The notes: generated by a model from the sequence alone, not told the origin. A stretch of 64,000 bases of DNA from Podarcis gaigeae (GCA_964106915.2 OZ066922.1), one strand, 5' to 3'; shown: positions 36,349 through 50,250, counted from the first letter of the stretch. Numbers and translations are program-made.

Positions 36349-39300
36349 GTGAACGGCATAAGATGGGGGTGATAGTGCAATCACAGAGCAATGAAATTCA
36401 TGCACACCCATTATGCATTGGATTGTTTAATACCATTGTGGAGGGAGCATTAGCAGAAATATGATGGAGGGAATGAAATGCAAAATGTATAGACATCAAT
36501 TTCTAAGGTTGCTCCTAAGGATCAGATGTACTCTACAGCACCTCGACACTGACACCCTTTAGCAGTATAGACAAGCCCAGTTGAGACATATGAAACTGGC
36601 ATTTAGAAACTAGCATTCTTAAACATTTCCAAGTACTTTGTTTCATGTGTTTCCCATTATTTATGCCTGTATGTCCCTAGAGGCAGAAAAATCGAATGGA
36701 GAGCTCCAATTTACTCACACACATTAGAAAACACACATTTGGCTTTCCAAGCAGTGTTTAATTTGGATTCTGCTTATTATGGCTTCTTTCCAGCTTGCTT
36801 ATTTAATATATCCCAAATAAAATGCAACATCTTTTTGTTATTGTTTCAATTTAGTCAAACAGGGTTTTTTAAAGAGATGTGACTAAAGTTATTTTGGGTA
36901 CACTTGATTCCCCTCATTGACCTGGAAGAAATAAAGTTCTCTTATTTCCTTTCTATTCCCTTCCTTTTCAGTATTCTCTATGGTTACTTTGGGTGAACTC
37001 CAGAGCTATTTAGAAAAACGGGGGGGCGGGGGACACACCAACAACTGGAAGTTTTAGCCATGGACTGCAACAGGATATGGACTGCCTTCACTATTTGTTA
37101 GCATAAAGCATGCTATAAAGTAAGGAGAGCTTAAGGGACTAATTTGGTTCTGGGGGCATTCTTTGAAAAGTGTCTAGAGAGAGACTAAATAAGGAAAGAC
37201 TTGGCAAATAAATTATGAAAGCCAATGGTGATATCACTTTTCTAGAAGCCAATGTTTTGTATTATTTCATGCACAGTCCATTACCTAATTCATTCTTCTT
37301 CGCTTTTATTAGTTTTTAAAACCTAGAAACTCTCTGTAAGCCGCATACAACATTCCAGCAACCTATTTACTATTCTTGTTTTATTCATGTCTGTACCACA
37401 AACCCATATAAAAGCACATTTCTGCTGTGAACAAGATCTCAATTAGAACCAAAACATAATAAATTCAAAGCAAAATTAATTAAAGAAACAGAAGTACAGA
37501 AAAGGGCAACTAACAAGGTTATAAAAACAGGAAACTCTTTTCGTCAAAAGGCTCGCTGGAACAACCAAGACTTAAGTTGGCACCTAAAACTCATTACAGA
37601 TGGTGAAAGCTTGATATCATTACGCAGAGAGTTCTATGACCCCAGTGCCATCACACCAGATGCACAATTTCGTGTTGAGGACAGTCGGACATTGCCAAGC
37701 ACCATCAGATGTGCCTGAGTCGCAGATTGTAAAGACTGCGCAGGAATATCGGGAATATAGTGTCTTTCTTGATTTTGTTTTTAAAAGTACATTGACCCCA
37801 AGTTGTTTACGGCTTTGTGATGAGCTGCAAATGATAAAAATAATCACCACCACCAGTGCTTCAAGACATCATCTTGAGTGAGAGAATTTCAAAATTCTTT
37901 GGATGTTATGGTATGCTTTAAAGGAGCATCCTGAAGGTCTTAACAGATCAAAAATATTTTAGATTGTAGAAGTGCCTTTAAACAGTGATAGGGAACCTTT
38001 GGCCTTCTGGAGGTTGTTGAACTACAACTTCCATCAGCACCTGCCAGGATGGTCAATGTTCTTAGATAAGGGTGCCAGGTGCACTGGGTTACCATAGCAA
38101 CCCCAGCAAAGTCCAGTGTATGACTTGCTTCGTCCTTCACCCTCCCACTTGTTCAGGAAATATGCCTACTTGTAAAGACGGATAGTCTCTAGGGTATTGC
38201 TTTCATTATGCCTGCAATCTTGTCCATGTCTTGGTTGGGTCCTGACCTGTTTGCTGTCAGGGTCTGAATCTGAGACTCAGGGGGAAGAGACTGTGGGTTT
38301 TACACAGCAGTGTTAGCTATCATGGTGATAGTGTTAGAAGATCTGTGCACATATATATTTACAGAAGAACTATATACTGTATAGTAGATAGCAGTGTTTA
38401 GCTTCGTCTTGTGTCTGGAGACAACGAACACTTTGAACTATGTAGGAGAGGAGCTTTTCCCTTAACCGGAAACTTTGGAAAAAGATGTTCTGCTGGGTGC
38501 AGGAAATCTCTGAAGATTCTGCTGGAGTTCCACATACTCTGCTGATAATCACACTGGTTGAGGTATGGTGAACTACCAAATGACTTCCACAAGTCACCAA
38601 CATGCAGCGGTAGTATTGTCTCCATATTGGACAATAAGTACAAATCTGAATAGATACCCTTCATAAGTTAAGTAGTATTATTACATAGTGGAAAAAAGAA
38701 ATTTACAAAGTATAGCTGTAGAGATTTTTATCATCATTTAAAATAGAATGTTTGTAGCAGGTCTATATTAGTGGTAACTAATACATGGTATGGGGGCCTC
38801 ATACAGCCCATTAAGACCTCACTTTTGGCCCACTAGCTGCAAACTTCATGTACTCAAATTGCCACAGAAATCCATTTGGCAGGAGTCCAAGTCTCCTAAC
38901 CTGCCCCAAAGGAGCCGAGGATCTTTTTCGAGACTGATCTGTGGCTTCCAATGCAGCTATTTCCAGTGCCCCCAAAATAGGCTTTGCCAAATTGCATGAT
39001 TCTCTTAGGAGTACTGCAGTTAAACAAGGTGTAGAAATTAGATTTTATTACTATTAGATAAATCTCTCTCTCACACAGAGATGCTCACCCTGGTTTGAAA
39101 AACAAACACGAAGAAATTAATCAAAATTGGGGCAAAAAGTTCAAGTGAACCATGATTAATGTACATATTTCAAAAGTCACACAGGGTTGTAAGGAATGGA
39201 AAATGTGACACAACTGAATACTGGACGCTCAATAGCATTTTATAAGTAATGACTCCCACAGTTTTGTGGTGGCCATTATAATGGCAGGCTAGGGTGGTGG

Positions 39301-40489
39301 TTATCGTCTAGAAGAAAGATAAGATGGATGTCTTGCATCCTCTATTCTACAATCAACATATTATAGAAGAGTTCTCGGGTAATATGTGGCGACCAGATTA
39401 TAATGATCCTGCCAAATTTAATTTTGTTTTGACTGGGCAGTTACTTCACTCTTCCACAGCACAGCTAAAAAGAATGACAAACTAAATACACACACATACA
39501 CAGTGGATAGATAGTGGTATTGAAGTTTGCCTTCTGTCTCTTAGGGCTATCAGGCTTGCCAAAACCAGTTTCTGGACAGATGATGGTAGACTGTCAGCAT
39601 AATTTCCAATGCAATTTGGAGACTCACCAACAAAAAAGACCCAAGTCTACATGTGAATACAAACGTATGTTTGGGGCTCAGAGAACGCTCACAGCACCAC
39701 AAGCTCTTGTTAATAACAAACTATGAGATGAGTGTTAATTACTAACTATTAGGTGAGTGAACCAGACTAGTGTATTTTCTCTCTTACTACTACCCTCTGC
39801 CTGCCTGCCTGCCTGCCTGCTCAAATTTCCTCTTCCACACCTGACTAGGGAAAGTCAACAAAAGCACCCATGTGTCTTGAGATGATAGCTGCGGTGGGAA
39901 GCTTTTGAGGGCTGCTTGTTGGTTATACATCCAGAAAGTGAAGGGCCACCATGAAGGCTAGACAAGTTGGTTCTTGTACCAGTCAATCCTGAAGACTATT
40001 TGTGAATAGTAATTCCCTGTAAAACACAGGTTGCCCCTTGGCATTGGTCTGTCTCTTGTATATTGCAGAGATAGGGAACCTTGACCCTCCAGTTGTTAAG
40101 AAGACTCCTAATTTCCATCAGCCTCAGCTGGTATGGTCAGCGGCCAAGGATGATAGTGCTGGAGTTCAGAAACATATTGAAGATCACAGGTTCCCCATCC
40201 CAGATGTAATGAAAGGGGAAGAGGTCTATGCACTGACTAATCATTGTCATCTGGGAAAATGTACACTCCAGAACCAGAGGGGGATGGTGCTTCAAGCTTC
40301 AAATAACTTTGTAAAAGGGTCATTTAAAGGGTTCTGGCAGGGAATAGATGGTCACATTACACTAAGGAGATCTCCTGCCCTTTTGGGTGTTCTCAGCCTC
40401 ACTACATTGCAACTGCTGGTAGAGGATGGCTGCTTCCTACATTAACTGGAGTGGCATGGGAAGCCAGAAGTCAGATGGGAAGGGCAACA

Positions 40490-41000
40490 ACATAGCTATT
40501 TATTTTGTCCGGTATTTGTAGAACACTTTTCATCAAGAAAAAAGGATGGCAAAGTTGCTTCGGAAAGCTCAGTAAAAATAAAACAAAAGTTAAATGTGAA
40601 ACAATTGAAATAAAAACAATAAACTACCTGATAACACCAAAACACCTACAGAATCAGACAACTTTAATCTTTTAAATTCAGAGGTCAGAGAAGCTAATCA
40701 GATATACCATAAGCATGAATGATAAAAAATAATAATTAGGTGGCAAGAGAAGCTCATCAAAGACATAGCTGTCCCATGCCACTAGTGAAAGAGTTCCATA
40801 ACCAGGGCACCACCACCAAAAGGCCTTCTCTTCCATTATCACACCCTGAGCAACATTCACCAGGGTGGGGGTAACAAGCAGGGCCTCTTCCTCTTATCTC
40901 AAAGCCCAGGGATGTTGGTCTTCTCAAGTATGTGCTCCCAGATATTTACATCCCAAGTCATTCAGGGCTTTATCAATCAATATAAATTGGGCCCAGTAAC
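40490..41000 (-). mobile_element. Degenerate L2-like LINE 3' fragment
   Basis: Minus strand AAGGCCTTTTGGTGGTGGTGCCCTGGTTATGGAACTCT resembles the L2 ORF2 C-terminal RAFSVxAPxLWNSL motif, followed by a T-rich UTR. Confidence 0.55.
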
Positions 41001-43655
41001 AGATAGACAGTCAGATCCACAAAAAAACAGGCATTATGAGACTATGTATTGACAACAGTGCTGTTCCAGCTCCTGGGAGAATTAGCACAGCATGGAAACA
41101 GATCATAGGAGCTAAAACATAAGGGCTAAGGTCACGTCGCCCTCCCCCCCCCATAAAATATTTGAGGGGGCAATGTTGATGGGCATTGCCATTCAAATGG
41201 TGTGTGTGACACATCATGTGATTCATTATGTGTGCTTACCTGCCCCCCCCCATATTTTATTCAAGTTGGCATCCCTGGCTATTGTCAACTTCTCCCAAGT
41301 ATCTTTAAGTTTCCTACACTGACTGGCAGTTTATGGAAAGCAACCACACTTTAGGCACCACCCCCATTTTGATGTAAATGTTTCAGTGCTTAATAGATGT
41401 GGCAAAAGAGATCTTTGCATGCTCCTCATATAAGAAGTGCCTTGCCGAGTGCCAGTCACAAAACAGCTGCCATTTTGTGGCGTAACGCTAAATTGGCCAC
41501 ACCACACTGATTACACAAATGAACTACATCTCTCTCATCCGTGCACACACTTCTACATATACATCTCCCCACTTTGCCCTGCCCAAATATTTCTAATCAC
41601 ACACATAGCACATTTCTCAGCACCCCAACACATCCAGAAAAGCTCCACCACAAGCAAAGGAACTGTTGCCATTTCCAGAACCACCACCACCATTCCCAGA
41701 AGCTTGTTGGCAATCCCTGACACATACAATGCATGTAATGAACCTCTGGAAGTGTAACATGTAATTTGCTCCAAGGCTTATTTTATTACCTTTTTCCTAC
41801 ACCCTTATTACATTTTATTGCCTACACCTCTTTCCTAACCCATTCTGCTGAATGTGCAGATCTGGTCAAAGTTGTATGGCGGTTTATGAAGCAAGATTTG
41901 GACTATGCCGTTTATGCCTATTGTCTAACGTGTCAGCCTTCCAAACATGCGTAGAATTCATTTCTCATGTGGGGCATGGAATGTGTGGGTCTACCATGAA
42001 GAATTGGCAGTGTGCCCATCGTACAAAATATCCTCCAATTGGAAAATCTTTTATACGTTGTTGATGTTGTTGCTAATTTATATACTGCCCTTCGTTGGAA
42101 GACCACAGGAAATCTTACAACATGAAACACAAATGTAAACCCATAACAAAAATGTCTTGACAATACTATGATTGAAACGGTTATATAAATACAATTATAA
42201 CAAAACAATAAAAAACAGATACTCATAACAGCAAGGGCATAGAAAGTAAGGAATAAAATCAGCAGCATGGTATCAAAAAATATAAAACAGTGCACAATTA
42301 CAGAATCTTCTCTCTATCCCAAAGTAACTCTTAATCCTGGGCCTTACAGACAATGACTGACCTTCTCAGCCCTCACCTGTCAATATTCCTTTCCTCTCCC
42401 AGTCTCTCACCCTGGGAGATCTTCATCTCCCTGCACCTCACTCAGGGTACTTCCACCATCTATCTGCCACTTTCATGTGGGTGCAGTCCTTGGTCCCCAA
42501 TGGCATCCGAAAAAGATGAACAGCAAAGCGGTAATTTCCCCTTCAGGATATTGGCCTATCACTGGGCAGCCCATTGCCTACAGCATACCTGGCATCTCTC
42601 CCCACCCTGAGAAATATCCTGAGGGTGGGTTGAGTCCAGTTTGCCTGTTTCTATGCAGCAGCAGCCAAGTAACAATTCCACATGTACCAAATTGCTCCCT
42701 TTCCTTAATATGCAGATTGTCAGCTATCGTCCCCATCAGAATCCATGGAGACTTCTATAATAGAACCTCAAGGGTGGGGTTTGCTGATGAAAGTACAGGT
42801 GTTCCTTGTAGAAGGGGAATCACAGGGCCCACAGGGATTGCTTGGCTGATTGCCACAATCAAGAACCCTTCAGCTTGTGCCTCTAGGCTGTGGTTGCCAG
42901 CTAAGTACCTGAGGGGTGGGAGGAGCAAACACAAGGTTAAGATACAGGCTGAAGTCTTCCAGGTGTTTCCTTCCCATTCCAGTCCTGCCCTCAACCAAGC
43001 AGCCTCAGGTGGTGGCTCCCAGCTAAATAGCTGAGGGTGGGAAAACTTTACCCAAGCCTTCTGACATGATTCAACTCTCTCTCTCCAAGCAATAAAAGAA
43101 AGAAAGAACAGTTCAAACAACCTAGCCAAACATTTGCAGACATGTGGTCTCAATAAGGCAGAAAATTAACACAAAAAATAGTATTTTGTTAAAATGTATA
43201 TTGCACATTCCCTTTATAAAATCCTATTTAACCAGCTCTGAATTGCTCTGACCACAAAAGTCATTGGTGGCTAACTTTTTCAAGTGCTAGAATATGCTGG
43301 AGCAGGCAGATTTGCGCTGGAATTGACTTTTGGGACATTTCCCACTTCCCCAGGGTAAAAAGTCAGAGCGGAATCCAAAGCCTTGAAGGCAGAAAGTGAC
43401 ATCATGGTTCAGTCGGCCTGGGAGGAAACCATCTGAACTGCTATAGCGTCGCTGCAAGGTACCACAAACCACAGCTGCTGGATAATACCAGACAGAACAG
43501 TGTGGGATTTTAAAAAAAACAAATCAAACTGTAAAGCATATAGATATACCACCACAATCAGCTGGAAGATACATTGGTTAATTACAGCATTCTAAGATGG
43601 CCTTGTATTCCTAAACCCAACTATATTTGGAGCAGCCAATCAGTACAGACTAGAG

Positions 43656-43791
43656 CAGGCATCCCCAACCTTCAGCCCTCCCGATGTTTTGGACTACAAT
43701 TCCCACCATCCCTGACCACTGGTCCTGTTAGCTAGGGATCATGGGAGTTGTAGGCCAAAACATCTGGAGTCCCACAGGTTGGGGGTGCCTG
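43656..43791. mobile_element. hAT (Charlie/URR1-like) palindromic MITE
   Basis: TIR CAGGCAYCCCCAACCT, perfect 8-bp TSD GACTAGAG, ACTACAATTCCC/GGGAGTTGTAG arms. Confidence 0.92.
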
Positions 43792-46700
43792 GACTAGAGC
43801 GTTGACCTTGCTATATTTACTGCTAACACATTGTTGTGTGCTTCCATAAAAATGTAACCAACACATCAATAAGTAAAACTCCTTAAGTAATTTTACCCTA
43901 GTGATCCTGCCAATGTTTTTCTTCTTTTATGGTACCAAGCTACCTACGTCCCCTTAAAAACAGAAGGAGCTTGTCATTCCTACGCCAATTAACCCGCAAT
44001 ACTATCCCACAGTCCTTGTTGTGACTTTCAGTATTCAACAGGGCACAGGTATCATTTAGAGATGTGGAGGTAAAAAAAAGAAAGAAAAGCTCAGAAATAA
44101 TCTCATCCCTCCCACCCAATTTGTCTGCTTCCCCTCCTGGACTCTCATAGCATTGCCTCCATAAGTTTGCAAGCTCTCTTCGCATTTGTCAGCCAGCATT
44201 TTGCAGTGATGTCATTTCCAAGTGGGCCAAGTATGCTGAATAGGTCAGCAGGCGTAGCATTCAGTCCATGGTTTGTATGGTCAAGGAAATTGGCTGAACC
44301 TTGCAAACAAGGTGCAGACATATGCATTACTCTCTGAATTATGTGAGTACACTTGCCAATTTGTAAGTAGATGGCCAGCATTTCTTAAGAGAAGCCCCAA
44401 TATTAACCACACCTAAAAGTTTAATATAGAGAGATTCAATTCTCTACTCATTAATTTAAGCAAAGCATTCAGGCAATTAATAATTAAGTACTGCAATTGT
44501 AAACCCCTGAACAAGCGCATAGCATCTGCTCCCAGAGCAAGAGCAAAATTTGTATTATTAGCCATGTGAGAGTTCCCATTTAGTGTCAAATGACATGTTT
44601 AGAACAGTGCACCGTGCAAGCAAAAACAAAGTGAAGGTGAAAGACGACAGCTATCCCCTAAACAGCAGGTTATTTCTACCCTTTAGAATCTAGTTTCTAT
44701 ACCTTAATTGTTTGACTTGCTCCAACTAATGATAAGATTGAACTATTCCACAGCAGTTCAAACAATTAAGATGTAGAAGTTTTAGGATGGACTTTGTGTT
44801 CATAAACTGCATGCACTCAGCACAGAGAAGATGCCTTGAGTGGGGTGGTCTTGTATTTCATCTGAGGCTCTGTAGATTTATTAGGTGGTGGTGGGGAATC
44901 CCAGGTCAGAATCTGTGACCCAGGCTTCGCTCTTTTCCCCACATACTTTTCCTGCGGCTTGCATTTTTGGAGCTGTCTGCTGCTCTATATTTACCTTGGT
45001 GCTTTTTGTGCATTCCTGATTTCCATTTGTCATGCACTGTGGTGGTCAGCAATCCGCAGGGGGTGGATTTATAGGGGACCCTACACAGGGCCATTTGTTG
45101 CGACTTTCTAGTCCTTTCCAGCTCTGTGAAAATCCAGTTCTTGAAACGTGAACTGATTTACAACACAAACCTATGTTTATTTACAAGTAATCAGTGCATT
45201 AAAACAGAGCTAACTCCTTAGTGAGTGGTTTTCAGGATTGCAGCCTCGCCCCCCCCCCCAAAGTAAGCAGCATATTTCTCATGCCAGAATTGATATTGCA
45301 CCTCTGGAAATGGAGGAATTTAAAATATTGCCAGACATAATACCATCTGAAAAGCACAAACTCAGAAAGGACCATTCCAATTTTAGCTCTGAAGAGGAAT
45401 CTTTGGTAGTTCCAGTCTCCAGTTCCAACAGAGTGAATTCTATCTTATAAATAGACTAAACAACCGCATGCAAGGGAGATGGTTTCCCTCAATGCAGTGA
45501 CGACATTTGCTGGGTTAAGGGGCGGGGGGGGGGGGAGGCCACTGAAAAGAGAATGAAACTTTAAGCTCCATCCACATTAAATGAGAACTCAAAATCCCCA
45601 TTAGTAAGCAGCTGATTAGATTAACAGAACACTTGTTCCCTGTGTGCCCCTGCAGAGATCAACAGAAGACGCCAGAATTGTTATTCAGACTTAGATAGGA
45701 CTACTGAGGAGGAAAGAAGCGAAACAAGCTTTACTCTGACCATTTCCATTCACACTCAATCATAACCTTAACAACACTTGCAGAACAGTTATCAGTTTAC
45801 AACAGTTTTAAACTCTTTTATGCTTCTCTGTTTGCCTAAGCAGACTAGATTACCATTTTTGTCAAGGGAATTTGGCTGGATTTTGTGGCCAGCACAAACA
45901 GCAAGTAGCATTATGACTTTACTGCACATCAGTAATATTAAGACACAGCACTTCCTAAGGGAGATTCTTATTTCATAGATCCAGCCTAGCTGTCAAAGCA
46001 GGACAGCAGAGTTAGTATTGTGAAATATTGCTAAGACAACATCCAATTTTCATTTAGAGTCATGAGAGGTTTCTATAATTGTTGCTAAACTTCAACTTAA
46101 CACACAACTTTGTGTGTTTCCGCACAAAGAAATGCAAACCGAAAGCAATCATTTAATTAACTTGCAGGCCACTGTGGGAACAACAGTTCTTATCTATCAT
46201 TCCCATTCTCCATCCCACCCCCATACACACATCTATTTTAACTAAGTTGTACTATACAAAAGCAACCACAGGAGTCATGATCTGGGCAGAGAAACCCATC
46301 TCTTTAATTTCAAAGGAAAGTTAGGCGGGCATTGAACTTTCTCCCCATGAAATTCAACGGGCCTTTGAAGTATTTCAATCTGGCCTGATTGTGCCCAGCT
46401 CTCTTAGCTACTGGTGAAAACATAGGATTTTTTTTTTAAAAAAAGAAAACTGATGAGGGCAGCGAGTAGCACAAAAGCCTGAATAAGCATTTTTCACTGA
46501 ACCCTGTGGTTCACTCAAAACAACGCATGCTCAGATATTTTGGTACCTTTATTGGTTTTTTTTAGCTTTGTGTAAATCATACTGAGAAACTGAGAGCGAG
46601 GAGGTGCTGGAGAGAAGACAGTGCGGAATGAATGAACAGGCTGCTCTAAAGAATGGCTTATTTGTGACTTTCATTGAGCAGAGTCCTGCAAGGGGAAGTG

Positions 46701-47379
46701 GGTGGGATGGTGTACATGAACTACTATTGACTTCTGTTACTTGTATCAGACAGAATAATACCCGCAGCTCAGGTACTCATTGCTTGTCAGGGGTGGCTAA
46801 CCTGAGGACATTCAGGTGCTAACCAGGCTAAAACTCCCACTGTCCCCAACCATTAAGCAATGTTGCCTGGATGCAGATAGGTGCTTTACAACCTCTGGAG
46901 AGCCAGAGGCATGCGCACACATGCACGCACACACACACACCGGCTTAAAGAATTAAACAGTACAACTTCGACAGAACTATCTTATTATTGCTAGCCAGGA
47001 AAGACCCTCCTCCCCCTTTACAAAAAAAGTAAGCTCACTGCTCAGAGCCCAATAACAAAGCCCCCCCCCCTTTTATTTTAGCAACAAGGCAAACGCCGCG
47101 GCATCTTTTTTAGCAAAAGCTCTGCATTCTTTTCAGGGGAGAAAAGGCAGAAACATAAACTTTCAGGTAAAGAAACAGTTCTGAGCACGACTAGGATCAT
47201 TCACAAAAATAAGTCACATTTTGAGCAGTTCCCCCCGCCTCAATGCATCACGTTTGCTAATTCGCTATAACCACTGGGACTTACCGCAGTGTTAGGAAAA
47301 ATAGACCCAACCCATGCACACACACCCCAGCTATCTATTGACCTACTTACCTACCTACCGCTCTTCATGCCTCCTTGCT

Positions 47380-48280
47380 CTCGGGTTATCAGCAGCTCGC
47401 CGGCTTCCGACGCGGCTGCTCTCAATTCAGCCCACTTTGCAGAATGGGCGAGAGAGGGAGAGGGAATTAATAGGCAGCGGACGGATTCGCCGCCACTTAC
47501 CGGGAGGTGCCGCAGGAGCCGGCGAAGGGAGAAGCGGCTCGCCGCCTGCGAGGAGTCCGGAGCGATTCCCAAGCAAGAACAAAGGCTGCTGGCAGCGAGC
47601 AAGGCGAGCTGAAGTCCTCTGGCGGGCGGCCAACTTGTTGCTCTGGTTCTTGCTCCCCCGGAGCAGCGCGTCTTGGTGCGCGCGCTCTCTCGCCGAGGCT
47701 GCAGCAGGAGCGCGCGGGGGGCTGGGCGGGGGGGGGGGAGAGGAGGAGGAATGCCGGGGATGTCCAAAAATAACACGGCGCACAAACCACCCGGGCTCTC
47801 CGTCTGCGGACTGCCCTGGCTGCTCTGGCGCACCTGTGGCGGGGCCACGCTTTATCTGGGCCGCCCCGGGGCTTTCTTCGTCATCCCGCAGGGGGCGGGA
47901 TACCCACGGGTGCTTGCGCGCGCCAGGGAGTGGGTCGGTGGGAGGAAAGCGCGCAAAGCTTTCCCCTCTCCACCCGGGACTATCAGTTTGTACAAAATAA
48001 ATCTGGAACTCCCTCGCTCTGCGAATCTTCCCAGGCGACTCAGGCAGAAGGGAGTGTTTAGCGCCAATTAACAGTTAATTATTCAACACAATGTGGCTTT
48101 TATCCGACCAGCCGGTCTGCCTGCCACGCCGCTCATCCGCCCCAGCACAACAGCTATTGAGCGTTTCCCTTTGTCACCTGGCAGCAATGAGTCCCCAATT
48201 GCTTCCTTTCCCATCACTTGGGATTCCGGGCTGCTGTCGGCGACGACGTCACAGGCTGCTTTCCAAAGGGGCGCCTTGGC
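47380..48280. promoter_or_regulatory. PALLD: Intragenic CpG island, probable alternative PALLD promoter
   Basis: Abrupt GC- and CpG-rich block (CGCG runs, GGGCGG GC boxes, G-tracts) in an otherwise CpG-depleted AT-rich intron. No TIR, TSD or tail suggesting a transposon. Strong minus-strand splice donor at its downstream edge. Confidence 0.85.
47501..47720 (-). other. PALLD: Putative non-coding alternative first exon of PALLD (5' end approximate)
   Basis: Donor CCG|GTAAGT with the exon ending at 47501; no minus-strand ATG from 47881 down to 47501. The TSS position is an estimate. Confidence 0.7.
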
Positions 48281-49054
48281 ACCAACGATAATAATATCAC
48301 CAACCCTTTGCAGTTCCAGCGAACTGGATGAGGTCTATGTTTGGTAAAAGGCAGACGATGCAATTTCTTGCATTCGACTGGTTGGGGGGAACGTGTATTT
48401 TGTACCCGCGATCAACACCTCGTTCAGTTGTCAGTGATGGCCTCTACCAATCCAAGCTCACTTTCTGAAAGTAGGCCATTTTCTTACCTTTTTATATAAA
48501 AATCAGAGTGGGCACAGTGTTTTAATATTAAATAAGTAACATTTAAAAGGTGGCTAACAAGGCAAGTTAGTGCGATATTATCATCACCCCCCTGTTAAGC
48601 CAACTTCAAAACCCAGTACTGCATAGCAAAGTTTGCAAGCTAAACTTTTTAAAGAAGTACTGCTATAATTGTCGAAAAGCATACACTGAAGGAAAAAAAG
48701 GGGAAATAAAAATATTACTAATACAAGTGGCATTTGAACAATAATGCAAAAAAATACCCTGCACATAAATTAATATCATCAAAAATGTCTTAAACTAATA
48801 CATAATACCCAAAAGCCTGTATGCTGCTTTCATTCTCATGACACAGTATCTCCTTCCTGCCCAGTGAACTTTTCATACTCCAGAAAGCTATTGATAGTTG
48901 CTACTGTGAGAGCGGATTTATACTCCCAATACGAAGCACAAGTACGATAGCTCTGGATATGTACTTACCACATCAAAAGTTTCGGAATATGTAGCTCTTC
49001 CCACCACACATATAAGCACATGTTCCAACCATCTGTTTTCAATAGCTTACATTC

Positions 49055-49145
49055 AGCACAATCTGATGCATATTTACTCAGAAGTAAGCCCCACTGAGTT
49101 CAATGGGGCTTACTCCCAGGTGAACATCAATACGTCTGCAGCCTG
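49055..49145. repeat. Short palindromic squamate interspersed repeat (related copies near 9800-9880, 33385-33460, 45165-45245 and 60680-60765)
   Basis: AGTAAGCCCCACTGAGTTCAATGGGGCTTACT hairpin, recurring in degenerate form through the window. Confidence 0.6.
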
Positions 49146-49906
49146 CCTTTAAGTAACATCGGGTACCCTAAAAAATACCTATATATTTTGTCCCATGTTA
49201 GATCAAAACAAATCTACATTTCATATTTTCAAAGGAAGAATAGCCACTGCTCTTGGGCTGTGCACAATCCTGTTTTTACTTAGAACTAAGTCCAAATATG
49301 TTCAGTGAGGCATACTTCAAAAAACTAAACATACCTAGAAGGGAGCAAGTCCCAAAGTTGCAGAGCGACTTAATTCTGAGTTTAAAAAAAACATAGGTTT
49401 GCATTATTAGTCACCCCCTCTATTCCAGTTTAAGACTATTAAAATCTAGAACGGGGCCCAGCAACATTTTCTCTCCCCACTACTCTTTAGACAACCAATC
49501 AACAGAAGAGCTCTGGTGAACCCAGAAGCTCGTTCACTGCTTAGTAACTTTTAATTTAATCCTAACAAAGGTATTAGGCTTCTGTTGTTGCTTTGTATCG
49601 GTAAAAAGCAGACAAGAGTTGCTTTTCAGGAGTCTTACACCAGCACTTTGAACATGTGGGGTGTCAGGAGCTGGCATTGTTGGAAACCTGACCACTTCTT
49701 CTCAGAGGGGCCCACTGCTGAGCTCTGGAGCTTTCTAACCCTGCTGCTTCTCCTCCTTGCTGCTGTTTAATGTTCACTTTCCTATTCTGAGCATGAAAGC
49801 TATGGCAGAAATTTGCCCAAATCCTGGGGTGCACTTTGCCATTCTCTCAGAGAGAACATACTCACCCAAAATAAGCTAAGTGGAAAAAAGAGGTCCATAA
49901 AGTTAG

Positions 49907-50250
49907 GAGGGACGTGGGTGGCGCTGTGGGTTAAACCACAGAGCCTAGGACTTGCCCATCAGAAGGTCGGCGGTTCGAATCCCCGCGACGGGGTGAGCTC
50001 CCGTTGCTCGGTCCCTGCTCCTGCCAACCTAGCAGTTTGAAAGCACGTCAAAGTGCAAGTAGATAAATAGGTATGGGAAGGTAAACAGTGTTTCCGTGTG
50101 CTGCTCTGGTTCGCCAGAAGCGGCTTAGTCATGCTGGCCACATGACCCAGAAGCTGTACGCCGGCTCCCTCAGCCAATAAAGCGAGATGAGTGCCGCAAC
50201 CCCAGAGTCGGTCACAACTGGACCTAATGGTCAGGGGTCCTTTACCTTTT
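49907..50250 (+). mobile_element. Full-length Sauria SINE (Squam1-type, tRNA-derived)
   Basis: Box A TGGCGCTGTGG and box B GGTTCGAATCC, typical body, ACCTTT tail, 9-bp TSD TAAAGTTAG at 49898-49906 and 50251-50259. Confidence 0.93.

Noticed and set aside
42477-43153. 185-aa and 132-aa ORFs
   Set aside because: Non-ATG starts, no recognisable motif and no convincing splice context. The region may be an old repeat, but I could not define its ends.
47289-48347. Many overlapping long ORFs (up to 228 aa) on both strands
   Set aside because: Expected from stop-codon scarcity in a GC-rich island; low-complexity R/A/G/P content and no recognisable domain.
49907-49990. tRNA gene (A and B boxes present)
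   Set aside because: It is the tRNA-derived head of a Sauria SINE with body, tail and TSD.
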